From assembly GCA_963783375.1 (NCBI GenBank), contig CAWANH010000028.1:1389670-1453669 (forward strand): a stretch of DNA of 64,000 nt. The letters run 5' to 3'. This document shows positions 53,939 through 64,000 of the stretch, piece after piece. Origin of the DNA: Candidatus Eiseniibacteriota bacterium. GTDB lineage: Bacteria; Eisenbacteria; RBG-16-71-46; JABDJR01. The notes under the pieces are model-generated. The model was not told where the DNA came from, did not search any database, and saw nothing but the letters and a program-made list of their open reading frames with translations. Every line of letters begins with the position of its first letter. The first letter of the stretch is position 1. The position numbers were made by a program, and so were the translations under genes.

Positions 53939-54973
53939 TCAGGCGGCGGATTTCGGAATAGAAACCGCCAAATGTGCTGCTTTGAGAGAGTTCCAGGGGC
54001 AGCCCAAGTCCTCCGCCTGCCCCGTGGCCACCCCCTGTAGCCACGGGGCCAATCTACCGGGATCGAGGACAAGGGTTCCGTCGGGGTTGATCCGGCCGAC
54101 CCGGTTCCGGGAGTCGGTAAGGGCGACCGTGCACTTGTTGAGGTCTCCGTTCGCCCGGATGACCCAGGATGTGGCCATGGCCGCGTAGCAGATTGGAGGC
54201 GGTGGTGGGGCGGCATAGAGCCCAAGTTCCTCTGCTCTGTGCCGCAAGACCGCGATCGTCTCGTGCCCGTTGTGCCCGTCTAGTACGGGCAAGATCGGAT
54301 CGTTCACTCCCCCGAGTCGCTCCAACGGCCGGATGAAAAAGGAGAACCGTGCGTCGTGCGCGAACGCCTGGGCACACTCCGTGAGGAGCTCTGGCAAGCG
54401 TTCGGCATTGGCCCGGGTGACATGGATCCGGACGATCACAGAGAAGGGCAAGCGCTGGTCCTTTAGCGCGACGAGGCTCTCCCAGACTTGGGCGAACGTC
54501 CCCCTGCCGTTGGGGCGCTTCCTCACCGCATCATGGTCGGGCTCAACCCCATCGAGGGTGATCTGGTAGTGCATGACACCGAGCCGAATGAGCTCCTCGG
54601 CGGTTCCGGGGGAGAGAAGGTCGCCGTTTGTGGTCATGTCCGAATCGACTTGGACCGCGGGATGCCGAGTGCGCAAATCTTGGACGTGGGCCATGATCTC
54701 ACGCACGACGTCAAGGGCGACGAGCGGTTCCCCACCGAACCAGGACAGATCGAGCCGGCAGAGGTCGGGCACGCGAACATCGAGCAACCGTTTGATCCCC
54801 TGCACCACGGGCGGAGGCATGCGGGACAGCCGGAAGTCCTCGTAGCAGTAGTGGCAGCGGAAGTTACAGCGCTCGGTCGAAAAGAGGACGAGATGGAGCC
54901 GTCGGGACGAGAGGGCCTTCCCGTACCCCGAAGCTCCGCTCTGCTTGGTGGGTCTCACTTGGCGCGTCAGCAC
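53939..54973 (-). CDS. radical SAM / SPASM-domain peptide-modifying enzyme
   Basis: CNFRCHYC radical SAM motif, plus C-terminal SPASM cysteines (ICYAAMATSWVIRANGDLNKCTV...C). The track ORF extends to a GTG at 55204, but that extension has only ~52% GC3. Start reassigned to the GTG at 54973 (alternative 54958). Confidence 0.8.
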   Translation of the reverse strand: MLTRQVRPTKQSGASGYGKALSSRRLHLVLFSTERCNFRCHYCYEDFRLSRMPPPVVQGIKRLLDVRVPDLCRLDLSWFGGEPLVALDVVREIMAHVQDLRTRHPAVQVDSDMTTNGDLLSPGTAEELIRLGVMHYQITLDGVEPDHDAVRKRPNGRGTFAQVWESLVALKDQRLPFSVIVRIHVTRANAERLPELLTECAQAFAHDARFSFFIRPLERLGGVNDPILPVLDGHNGHETIAVLRHRAEELGLYAAPPPPPICYAAMATSWVIRANGDLNKCTVALTDSRNRVGRINPDGTLVLDPGRLAPWLQGVATGQAEDLGCPWNSLKAAHLAVSIPKSAA

Positions 54974-55170
54974 TTGTAGTTCGGAAGGATCGGCGGCCAG
55001 TCGTCTCCGTTGGGCTCCTGTAACGATGTGGTAAGCGTGGACACCACGCGGCCATGCGCGTCGAATTGGAGTTCGTGGCGGACAGGCATCTGGGCGTGCG
55101 CGGGCCGAGTTCCGAGGAGAAGGGTGACAAGCATGGCGCCTTGGAGCGTATACGTCGCAGATCGTTCCAC
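54967..55170 (-). CDS. small exported Cys-terminal peptide (67 aa), a candidate precursor/substrate of the adjacent rSAM-SPASM enzyme
   Basis: GTG at 55170 with a GGAGG RBS 6 nt upstream. VERSATYTLQGAMLVTLLLGTRPAHAQ (signal-like, AHA-Q) is followed by MPVRHELQFDAHGRVVSTLTTSLQEPNGDDWPPILPNYKC. GC3 in this frame is ~73% versus ~52% in the overlapping rSAM-extension frame. Its stop overlaps the rSAM GTG. Confidence 0.45.
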   Translation of the reverse strand: MERSATYTLQGAMLVTLLLGTRPAHAQMPVRHELQFDAHGRVVSTLTTSLQEPNGDDWPPILPNYKC

Positions 55171-55215
55171 AGCAGACCTCCGGTCGAAACGGACACCGCC
55201 CCACGGCGGAGGTCG

Positions 55216-58188
55216 CTAGTCTCCGACCGCGAGGAAACAGGCCCAGTAGTAGGGATGAGTTGGTCTACCCGTAGAACGCCTGATCTGGAGAGTTTCGGAC
55301 GAGGTATAGAAAGCCGCAACACTTGCCGAGCCGTCACGGTCCAGGAAGTGATCGTAGAAGCGCAGGCACCAGTCCCGACTCGGGTGATCTCCGATGTCCC
55401 AGATGGAAAGGATCGCGCTGTGTGCACCGGCGAGACGGAACGCGCGGTAAAGGCCAGCCACGCGCTCGCCCGGGAGCGCCGTTCCCTCGGATGACCGACA
55501 GCTAGAGAGGAAGACCAGCTCGACCGAGGAGAAGTCCTCCAAGGCGATCTCCCGTTCGCCCCAGACTCCGTCAAAGCCGCTCGAGTCAGCTAGCGGCCTG
55601 ACTAGTCGCAAGCCGGCGCACGGCTCTCCGGTGAGCGGATCGGTCCAGTCGACGCCGTGGGCCGCAAGGTGCACAACGCGGGAGCCCGGGATGCGGCGAG
55701 GAAGGACACTCTCCCGCGCGGACGTCCCGGTGAGCAATGTCACTGGTTCACCCGGTCGGCGCTTCTTCCAAAGGGTAACGACTTGCTCCGCCTCATCGAG
55801 CGAGGCGGGGAGCTCAGCCGGGGCTCCTGACCCCCATGCGGAGTAGTCAACACCACCGACGGCCAGAAGCCCCTTCCCGGTGGCCTCGCTCGCGGGCGAG
55901 ATGAGCTCCCGCTCGCTCTCGGCGAGCCGGAAGCTTCCGAGCTCTTCCACGAGGTACGAGGTACGACCACGGGGGAGGGCAAGGACATTCACGTTCCACA
56001 GCGGCCCCGTCGGGATCAGCACGAGATCTTTGGGGAGGTTGCCGCCGAAGATGGGGTCCAACAACAGGTGGCGGAGGGCGGCGCCGAGGGATCGGTACGC
56101 CGCTTCTGCCCCGTCGGGGTCCAAGATGAGTTCCTCGGGGGCTTGCTCCATGAGGGTCTGTTGGCTGGTGACGAGGGTGTCAATCCGGCTGGCGGCCCCC
56201 AGATCCTGGAAGCGGACGTCCTTCTCAGGCTCCATGAGAAAGGCTCCGTAGTGAGGGGCGTTGCCTTTGCCGTACTGGACGTAGGCGATGAGCGTTGTCT
56301 CCGGGGGGAGCCCTTTGCGGAGGGCCTGAGTATCCAGGGTCGGACGAGTTGGGGTGATCGGCCGGGAGGCAGCCAAGCGTTCTTCGAACCGCGCGATTTC
56401 GCCGTCCAGCCGCTGAAGCAACTTGGGAGAGACGGGTGCGAGGCCCTCGACCGGGTCCATGGTGAGCAGGTTGGCCAGGTGCCGCTTGAGAGTACGGAGC
56501 GTGTCCGGTTCCGCTCCTAGCTCTCGTCGGCGCGTGAGTTCGTCGAGAAGTGAGCCGCGCGAGCCGATGGCGAGCGTCCATGCCGCCTCGACGAAGCGAC
56601 TTCCCTTGCATGCGTCGTCGCTCAGGAGAGAGAGGAGGAGATCCAGGGAGGAGACCTCCTCCTTCCAGTAGGCGCTGATCTGCTCGGAAGTCATCGCCTG
56701 GAGGTTGAGCTGGTACCGATGGAGAGAGGCGGAGGCGGCATCATAGGCGAGCTCCCAGGCCGCGCGCGGATGACCTTGGGCGGAGCGAAGCTCACCCGCG
56801 GTTTCGTCCACTTTGGACCGAACGATGTGGTCCCGTGGTAGGGCCTTGACGGAGCTCAGAGCCTGAGCCGCCCAGCGCTCAGCCTCGGGCAGCCGGCCCC
56901 GGGCGGATAGGAACCGCACGTAGTCGGCGGCCAGGGAGCCAAACAAGGCCGGCTCTTTGGAGGGGTCCGCGTTCGCAAGACCCTTCTGGAAGAGCGAATC
57001 GGCACGGTTGGTACGACCGAGGCGCACGTCCAAGCGTGCGAGACGGGCCAGGGTGGGAACGGTCAAGGGGGAGTTGGCTCCGTAGATTCCCGTGAAGTAT
57101 TTGAGGCTCGCCCGCAGCGTGTCGACCCCAGCCTGAAAGTGACCCTCCCTCTCCAGGATGTATGCCTGGATGGAGTAGTTCCGATTTCTCGTGCGCTCAT
57201 CGGCGCCGTAGCGCTTGGCCACCTGCCGAAACCGCTCCTCGAGCCGTTTGGTACCCGGGAGGTCTCCCAGGCGGCTTGTGATCTCTGCCGCCGTGACCGT
57301 TGTCCCCGCCGCGAGGGCCTTCTCGAGGTCCGGATGCCGCTCGATCGTCTCACTCACCTCGGTGATGACTTTGAGGGCGTCCCGGAAGTCTCCCTCCGCG
57401 GCGAGGCAAACGGCATATCCCCATCCGGTCTGGCAGAACAAGTGCGGCAAGCGGTTGCGGCGTGCCTCATAGGCCTGACGATAGAGATCCTCTGCCTCCG
57501 GCAAGCGACCCATTCCATGGAGGATCACGGCATAGTCGTTACTCGTCCAGGCGAGATCGAGATCTTGCGGGGAAAGGACACGCTTCCTCACCTCGTAGAC
57601 ATGGGCGATGTGCTGGAGAGCCTCGGCGCGTCGCTTGAAGTGATCCAGGGTCTGTGCAAGCCCATGCTCGGCCCACAGGGTCTCGCGGTCGTCCGGTCCC
57701 AGGGTCTTGACGAGGATCTGCCAGGATTTGAGGAAGTCCCGATGGGCGGCTTCGAAGTTCCCAGTTGACAGATTCCAGCGAGCGTACCGCTCCAGGGTTA
57801 TGTCGTAGCCGGCGGAGGAGTCGCCGGCGACCGCGGCCCAGTCCGTCAGGGCGCGAGAGAGGTACTTGCCGGCCTCCTCAGTGCTGTCACCCCGGGCCAG
57901 GGCCCAGCCGTAGTCTCGGTGGAAGCGGGCGGAGAGGGAATCGGGTGGGCCCGAGGAGTCTAAACACCCGAGAAGCCGAGTGTAGGCAATGAGCGCCTCG
58001 GGGAAACGGCGGTTGGCGAGCAGGCTGTCCGCCACCGTAAGTTCTTGACGTATAACGGATTTGCTGCATGGCCACGACACCTCCTGGCAGAGACCGGGTA
58101 CAGAGGTGATGCAGGGGGACAGGGCCAAGGCCACCACGGCGATGCAGCGGGCTGGCCACGTGGCTGGAGAGGCTGTTTTGGGGTTCAC
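55216..58188 (-). CDS. TPR-repeat / CHAT-domain (caspase-like) protease
   Basis: N-terminal hydrophobic segment, ~700 aa of TPR-like helical repeats, then a C-terminal CHAT domain (VVHLAAHGV...ELVFLSSCRS...HPYYWACFLAVGD). Ends 12 nt before the upstream end of the rSAM ORF. Confidence 0.8.
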   Translation of the reverse strand: MNPKTASPATWPARCIAVVALALSPCITSVPGLCQEVSWPCSKSVIRQELTVADSLLANRRFPEALIAYTRLLGCLDSSGPPDSLSARFHRDYGWALARGDSTEEAGKYLSRALTDWAAVAGDSSAGYDITLERYARWNLSTGNFEAAHRDFLKSWQILVKTLGPDDRETLWAEHGLAQTLDHFKRRAEALQHIAHVYEVRKRVLSPQDLDLAWTSNDYAVILHGMGRLPEAEDLYRQAYEARRNRLPHLFCQTGWGYAVCLAAEGDFRDALKVITEVSETIERHPDLEKALAAGTTVTAAEITSRLGDLPGTKRLEERFRQVAKRYGADERTRNRNYSIQAYILEREGHFQAGVDTLRASLKYFTGIYGANSPLTVPTLARLARLDVRLGRTNRADSLFQKGLANADPSKEPALFGSLAADYVRFLSARGRLPEAERWAAQALSSVKALPRDHIVRSKVDETAGELRSAQGHPRAAWELAYDAASASLHRYQLNLQAMTSEQISAYWKEEVSSLDLLLSLLSDDACKGSRFVEAAWTLAIGSRGSLLDELTRRRELGAEPDTLRTLKRHLANLLTMDPVEGLAPVSPKLLQRLDGEIARFEERLAASRPITPTRPTLDTQALRKGLPPETTLIAYVQYGKGNAPHYGAFLMEPEKDVRFQDLGAASRIDTLVTSQQTLMEQAPEELILDPDGAEAAYRSLGAALRHLLLDPIFGGNLPKDLVLIPTGPLWNVNVLALPRGRTSYLVEELGSFRLAESERELISPASEATGKGLLAVGGVDYSAWGSGAPAELPASLDEAEQVVTLWKKRRPGEPVTLLTGTSARESVLPRRIPGSRVVHLAAHGVDWTDPLTGEPCAGLRLVRPLADSSGFDGVWGEREIALEDFSSVELVFLSSCRSSEGTALPGERVAGLYRAFRLAGAHSAILSIWDIGDHPSRDWCLRFYDHFLDRDGSASVAAFYTSSETLQIRRSTGRPTHPYYWACFLAVGD

Positions 58189-58342
58189 AGGATCCGGTTG
58201 TGAAAAGATTCCGAAAATGGTCCCTCTCAGTCGTTACAAAAGAGGTGGGCCGGTCCAGCTCGGTAGTCACTCGCCGAGCGGTGGGGCCACGGCCCAGAGA
58301 GGATATCACGTGGTGCCGGCCCCCAGTCGATGGTGGAGAAAC

Positions 58343-58405
58343 GGGGGAAACTAGGCTTCTTCACGACCGTGGGGGAAGTTCTAGGTTTCTTCACTGCGGG
58401 GGCTG
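58343..58405. repeat. tandem ~28-bp direct repeats (2.3 copies) in the CHAT operon upstream region
   Basis: GGGGGAAACTAGGCTTCTTCACGACCGT / GGGGGAAGTTCTAGGTTTCTTCACTGCG / GGGGCTGG. Confidence 0.5.
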
Positions 58406-58794
58406 GCGCCATCTCCCGCAATCGGATCCTGCCCGGGAAATGGAAGCGGCTCTGTGACGCGTCGAGGGGGGAGTCATTGCCTAAGGAAGGCCAGAAGAGC
58501 GTGGCAAGCAAAGGGGTCAGGCCGGAGTACGGCACCCGATCAACGGGCGAACCCGAAAACACCCGGGTGCTAACAAATCCCGTGCGGCGCATGACCATAG
58601 GGAGCCCGCTCTTGATCGTTACTCGGACGGGCTCCTAGGTCAGAGAAGGACGCCAAGCCCCCTATTCGGCCACTTCTCTGGGGGCATGTAACTCCGCCAG
58701 TCTACTGCCAGCGGAACAGCAGGCGCAGTTGCGAACACGGACAGTTTGGAGACTTGAGTCCCGAGGCTTACCCTCGCACTCGCGCCCCAGAGAA

Positions 58795-58830
58795 TACGAA
58801 AGCCCCCATCCCGCAAGGGGATAGGGGCTT
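58795..58830 (-). terminator. hairpin downstream of the tRNA-Met 3' end
   Basis: On the minus strand, GCCCCTATCCCcttgcGGGATGGGGGC followed by TTTCGTATTCT. Confidence 0.4.
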
Positions 58831-58838
58831 CCTAAAAT

Positions 58839-58915
<77 letters not shown>

Positions 58916-59064
58916 ACCTTCAAACTCTTGGTGGGCAAAAGAGAGTACTCAATCGCCCGGGGGGCGTCAAGCCCCATCCGGATCCGGACCACGCCCCGGC
59001 AAGCTCCACCGGCCCACCGGCATCCGGCCGCTCGCCGGAGCGCTTCACCCCGGCCCCGATTCGG

Positions 59065-59619
59065 CTAGGGGGCCTCGGGCGGCGGCGCGTCCCCCGGCAG
59101 GGGAGCGTCGGCCCCGCCCGCCGGGTCCCCGTCCCCGCCGGCGTCCCCCTCCACCTTCCCGGAAGCCGACACGTCCGGGGCCACCCCGTCGTCCTGAAAG
59201 CGGTAGATGATCTCGTCGGGGCCGATCATCCAGTACTTCTCGCGCGCCACCTTCTCCAGGCTGAAGGGGTCGTCCTCCTTGAGCTTCACCTCCTGGACCA
59301 GGCGCTCCTGCTCCAGGCGCATGCGGACGTTCTCCGCGGTCACCTGCTGGAGTTCCTTCCGGAGCTGGATACGGCGGACGATGCCGCGGTCGCCGCCCAC
59401 GAAGTTGGCGACGTAGACGGCCAGGGCGAGCGCCACCAGCGCCCAGCGAAAACGCCGGGACGAGGCGAGCCCTTTCCCCTGATATACCGTGCGCAGGTAG
59501 CGGTAACGGATCGGCTCGATCCGTTTACGATGCGGAACCAACCGGGTGCCCTCCTGAGTTGGTCCAACCAAACTGAATGCGGTGGAAGGCACTATAGGCC
59601 CGACGGAACCCGGAATCAA
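59065..59619 (-). CDS. ftsB: cell division protein FtsB/DivIC (septum formation initiator) family
   Basis: TM RFRWALVALALAVYVANFV followed by a coiled coil (IQLRKELQQVTAENVRMRLEQERLVQEVKLKEDDPFSLEKVAREKYWM). A likely shorter start is the TTG at 59541, which has an AGGAGG RBS. Lies downstream of eno, the usual arrangement. Confidence 0.6.
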   Translation of the reverse strand: MIPGSVGPIVPSTAFSLVGPTQEGTRLVPHRKRIEPIRYRYLRTVYQGKGLASSRRFRWALVALALAVYVANFVGGDRGIVRRIQLRKELQQVTAENVRMRLEQERLVQEVKLKEDDPFSLEKVAREKYWMIGPDEIIYRFQDDGVAPDVSASGKVEGDAGGDGDPAGGADAPLPGDAPPPEAP

Positions 59620-59647
59620 GCGGCGGCGCGAAAACCCCCGCCGAGCT

Positions 59648-61333
<1,686 letters not shown>

Positions 61334-61459
61334 CTAGTTTGGCCCGCGGTCCGCGGACGGCGGGGGGGAGCCCCCGAACCCGCCTCGTTCCTGCAACCCG
61401 GCCGGCCTGGAGTCCGTAAATCCAGGCGAGAGCGGAGGACGCGCGAGTTGACGCCCGAG

Positions 61460-62044
61460 GTGAACGAAGATCGGGAGCTGGTCCTCCGGTGCCTGAAGAA
61501 CGATCAGGCCGCCTTCGAGCGGCTCCTGGAGAAATACCGGCGTCCGGTCTACGGGATCGTCCGCCGGATGGTCCGTACCGACGAAGACGCCCAGGACCTG
61601 GCCCAGGAAGCGTTCATTCGGGCATTCAAGAACCTGAAGCAGTTCGACCCGGACCGGAGGTTTTCGAGTTGGCTCTTTCGTATCGCCAACAACCTGTGCA
61701 TCGATCACTATCGGCGGCGGAAGCTCAGCACGGTGCCGATGGTGCGATCGCCGGACGGGGAGAGCGAGGAGACGTGGGAGTTCCCCGACGACTCGCCCGA
61801 CCCCGCGGAAGCCTTTTCGGATCGCGAGCGGAGCCGGCGGCTTCTGGCCGCGGTGGAATCGCTGCCCCCGACCTACCGGGCGGTGATCCTGCTCCGCCAT
61901 CAACAGGGTCTGGCCTACGAGGAGATCGCGGAGACCCTCGACGCTCCGCTGGGCACGATCAAGGCCCGTATCCATCGGGCCCACCGGTTGCTCAAGGAGA
62001 AGCTCGTGCGACAGGGACTGGACTGGCTCCCCGAGGAGCACTGA
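61460..62044 (+). CDS. ECF sigma factor (RpoE-like)
   Basis: Starts at GTG (VNEDRELVLRCLKNDQAAFERLL). Region 2.2 has DLAQEAFIRAFK and region 4 has LPPTYRAVILLRHQQGLAYEEIAETLDAPLGTIKARIHRA. Alternative TTG start at 61448. Confidence 0.8.
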   Translation: MNEDRELVLRCLKNDQAAFERLLEKYRRPVYGIVRRMVRTDEDAQDLAQEAFIRAFKNLKQFDPDRRFSSWLFRIANNLCIDHYRRRKLSTVPMVRSPDGESEETWEFPDDSPDPAEAFSDRERSRRLLAAVESLPPTYRAVILLRHQQGLAYEEIAETLDAPLGTIKARIHRAHRLLKEKLVRQGLDWLPEEH

Positions 62045-62051
62045 GGCGGTC

Positions 62052-62687
62052 ATGAACCACGACATCCACGAAACCCATCTTCCGCCCCGGATCCTGGAGC
62101 GGTACGTGGACGGCGATCTCGCCGCCGGGCCGCTGGCCCGGGCGGAGTCGCACCTGGCCGCCTGCGCCGCCTGCCGCCGGGAGACCGGCCGCTTCCGCGC
62201 CCTCTTCGCCGATCTCGACCGCCTTCCCATCCCCGAGCCGCCGCTCGGTTTCGACGTCCGCATCCTGAACGCGGTGATCCGGCGTCCCAGCGAGGAGGCC
62301 ATCCTCCTCCGCCTGGCCGGCCGGGCCTACGCGGTGCTCGCCGCCGTTCTCTTCGCCCTGGCCGCGGGCATCTTCCTGGTCGAGGGCCCCGCTCCCTTCG
62401 AGAACGCCTTCGCTTCCGCGGTGGCCAGCGGAGTCAACCGCGGGATCGAGGCCGTCCGGTTCATCGGGGTGAGCTTCCTCGATCTCATGAAAACCGCGCT
62501 CCATCTCATCACCCTGGCCGACGCGGCCGGCGCCCTCGGCCGCGGCCTCGAAGCCGCCGCCACCTCGCTGGCCCCCCAGGTGGTTCTTCTCACGGTGCTG
62601 ACCCTGTCCCTGGCGACCCTGGTCCTGGTCTGGGCCCTGTCGCCCGCCCGCGAAAGGGGTGTTCCCCATGTCTCCCTCTCTCTCTAG
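62052..62687 (+). CDS. zinc-binding (ZAS, HxxxCxxC) anti-sigma factor
   Basis: HLAACAACRRE motif and a central TM helix. Starts 8 nt after the sigma gene. Confidence 0.7.
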   Translation: MNHDIHETHLPPRILERYVDGDLAAGPLARAESHLAACAACRRETGRFRALFADLDRLPIPEPPLGFDVRILNAVIRRPSEEAILLRLAGRAYAVLAAVLFALAAGIFLVEGPAPFENAFASAVASGVNRGIEAVRFIGVSFLDLMKTALHLITLADAAGALGRGLEAAATSLAPQVVLLTVLTLSLATLVLVWALSPARERGVPHVSLSL

Positions 62688-64000
62688 GCTCCACCGGATC
62701 CGCGCGGCCCGGGCGCTTCTCATCGGAGGCGCGCTCCTGATCGCTCCGATCTGGGTATTGGGGGCGGCCGCCCAGGGCACCTCGGGGACCGGTGCGGACA
62801 GCGCCGAGGCCTCGGCGCCCAAGCACGAGGGCACCCTCAAGCGGATCCAGTTCCAGGTCGACACCGGCGACTCCTCGCCCACCCGCATCAACATCGACCT
62901 GAACCAGGGACGGGTCACCAAGGCCGCCGACTACGTCCGGTTCGGCGAGAGCATCCACGTGAAGCCGGACGAGCACATCGCCGGCGACGTGGTCTCGATC
63001 GGCGGGAACGTCACCGTCGAGGGAGCGGTGAGCGGCGATTGCGTGGCGGTGGGGGGGCGGATCGAGATGACCCCCGGGGCCACCGTGGCCGGGAACGTGG
63101 TCTCGGTGGGGGGGAGCGTCACCCTCGACGACTCCACCGAAGTGGGCGAGGACGCGGTGAGCGTGTGGGGGAGCCTCGACGTGGCCCCCACCGCCAAGGT
63201 CCACGGGGAGCAGGTGGAGGTGAGCGGCCTGGGGCTGAACTTCCCCTTCGCCGCCATGACGGGAGCGGGGCAGCACGGGTTCGGCCACGACGTCTGGCGG
63301 TTCCTCCGTCGGCTCATCTGGGTGCTGGTCCTGGTCGGGCTCGGCCTTCTGGCCTTCCAGATCTTTCCCGGCCGCATGCGCCGGCTCTCGGATACCGCGG
63401 GGGAGCGCGGTCTGGTCGCGTTCCTGGCCGGCTTCGCCGGGTGGATCCTCTGGCTTCCCGCTTTCCTGATTCTCTGCGTCACCATCATCGGGATCCCGGT
63501 GGCCATCCTGCTCCTATTCCTCACCCCGCTGGTCACCCTGCTTGGCTACATCGCGGTGGCCGAATCGGCGGGACGCCGGATCTCGCACCGCTTCGGAGGC
63601 GCGGTCCCGGGCTCGGCCAAGGCGGTCTTCCTGGGGGTGCTGGGGCTGGAGGGGGCGCTCCTGGTGGCCCGGCTCCTGGCGGTTTTCGGCTCCATCTTCA
63701 GCTTCATCGGCTGGATCCTGGCCATGGTCGGCTACTGCGTGATCTTCATCGCGTTGACCATGGGTTTCGGGGCGTTCCTGATGAGCCGCTTCCGCGCGCC
63801 GGCCACCGAACCGCTGAACGCGATCCCGCCGCCCGCGTCTCCGCCGCCGGAGGGGCCGGGCGCGCCGCTGGTTTCTCCCACGCCGCCGACCCCTCCCGTC
63901 GCGCCGGCTTCGCCGCCGCCGCCACCCGGGCCCTCGGCTCATTCCGCGCCGCCTTCCTCGCCGGGGGCGGGGACCCGTCCCCCGGACCCGCGCCCGGTGG
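62668..64000 (+). CDS. membrane protein with bactofilin/CcmA-like polymer-forming repeats, multi-TM and Pro-rich tail (3' partial)
   Basis: Not in the ORF track, because it runs off the window. ATG at 62668 with an AAAGGGG RBS, giving MSPSLSRLHRIRAARALLIGGALLIAPIWVLGAAAQG. Then repeats IAGDVVSIGGNVTVEGAVSGDCVAVGGRIEMTPGATVAGNVVSVGGSVTLDD. At least four TM helices and a PPPASPPPEGPGAP tail. Overlaps the anti-sigma 3' end by 20 nt. Confidence 0.6.
   Translation, partial: MSPSLSRLHRIRAARALLIGGALLIAPIWVLGAAAQGTSGTGADSAEASAPKHEGTLKRIQFQVDTGDSSPTRINIDLNQGRVTKAADYVRFGESIHVKPDEHIAGDVVSIGGNVTVEGAVSGDCVAVGGRIEMTPGATVAGNVVSVGGSVTLDDSTEVGEDAVSVWGSLDVAPTAKVHGEQVEVSGLGLNFPFAAMTGAGQHGFGHDVWRFLRRLIWVLVLVGLGLLAFQIFPGRMRRLSDTAGERGLVAFLAGFAGWILWLPAFLILCVTIIGIPVAILLLFLTPLVTLLGYIAVAESAGRRISHRFGGAVPGSAKAVFLGVLGLEGALLVARLLAVFGSIFSFIGWILAMVGYCVIFIALTMGFGAFLMSRFRAPATEPLNAIPPPASPPPEGPGAPLVSPTPPTPPVAPASPPPPPGPSAHSAPPSSPGAGTRPPDPRPV

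Noticed and set aside
54974-55204. Cys/Pro/Arg-rich N-terminal extension of the rSAM ORF from a GTG at 55204
   Set aside because: Third-position GC is ~52% in that frame, well below the genome's coding bias. The overlapping small ORF has ~73% GC3, an RBS, and a stop coupled to the rSAM GTG. Retained only as an alternative.

Overview
High-GC (~70%) bacterial chromosomal window, probably a Gemmatimonadota-like or FCB-group MAG (phylum not assignable from sequence alone). The phylum guess rests on two C-terminal sorting-signal types seen here: T9SS/FlgD-Ig-type domains on two proteins and one PEP-CTERM protein.

Core genome content:
- S8 peptidase (partial) and a PA0069-type radical SAM enzyme.
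- An ABC ATPase followed by an ABC-2 permease fused to an M1 aminopeptidase.
- The complete GlgE alpha-glucan pathway cluster: glgE, a treS-maltokinase fusion, and glgB.
- TrmH-family methyltransferase, SDR oxidoreductase, DEAD-box helicase, CDF transporter, ettA, PAP2 phosphatase, aldo/keto reductase, FprA-like reductase.
- SPFH protein with an Arc-type RHH partner, a Cys/Met gamma-PLP enzyme, and a DUF4398-OmpA-porin operon.
- eno-ftsB, and an ECF sigma / ZAS anti-sigma pair followed by a bactofilin-like membrane protein.

Three genes appear disrupted:
- A threonine-dehydratase-like gene split by a ~106-nt insertion.
- A DAGK-like lipid kinase frameshifted in a G7 run.
- A C39-peptidase / TPR-POTRA barrel gene with a +/-1 frame break.

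Accessory region (43.7-58.9 kb), ending at a tRNA-fMet(CAU):
- Debris of mobile elements: a serine-recombinase C-terminal fragment, an AbiEi/AbiEii pair, a Nu1-like terminase small subunit, a TetR-cupin operon, a degenerate IS3 with inverted repeats, and an IS4-like fragment.
- A low-GC cargo stretch, followed by a minus-strand operon: TPR-CHAT protease, a hidden 67-aa exported Cys-terminal peptide, a radical SAM/SPASM maturase, and an ECF sigma with a putative anti-sigma.

The best candidate for an undescribed system is the CHAT / peptide / rSAM-SPASM / ECF module next to the tRNA. No rRNA or CRISPR is present.
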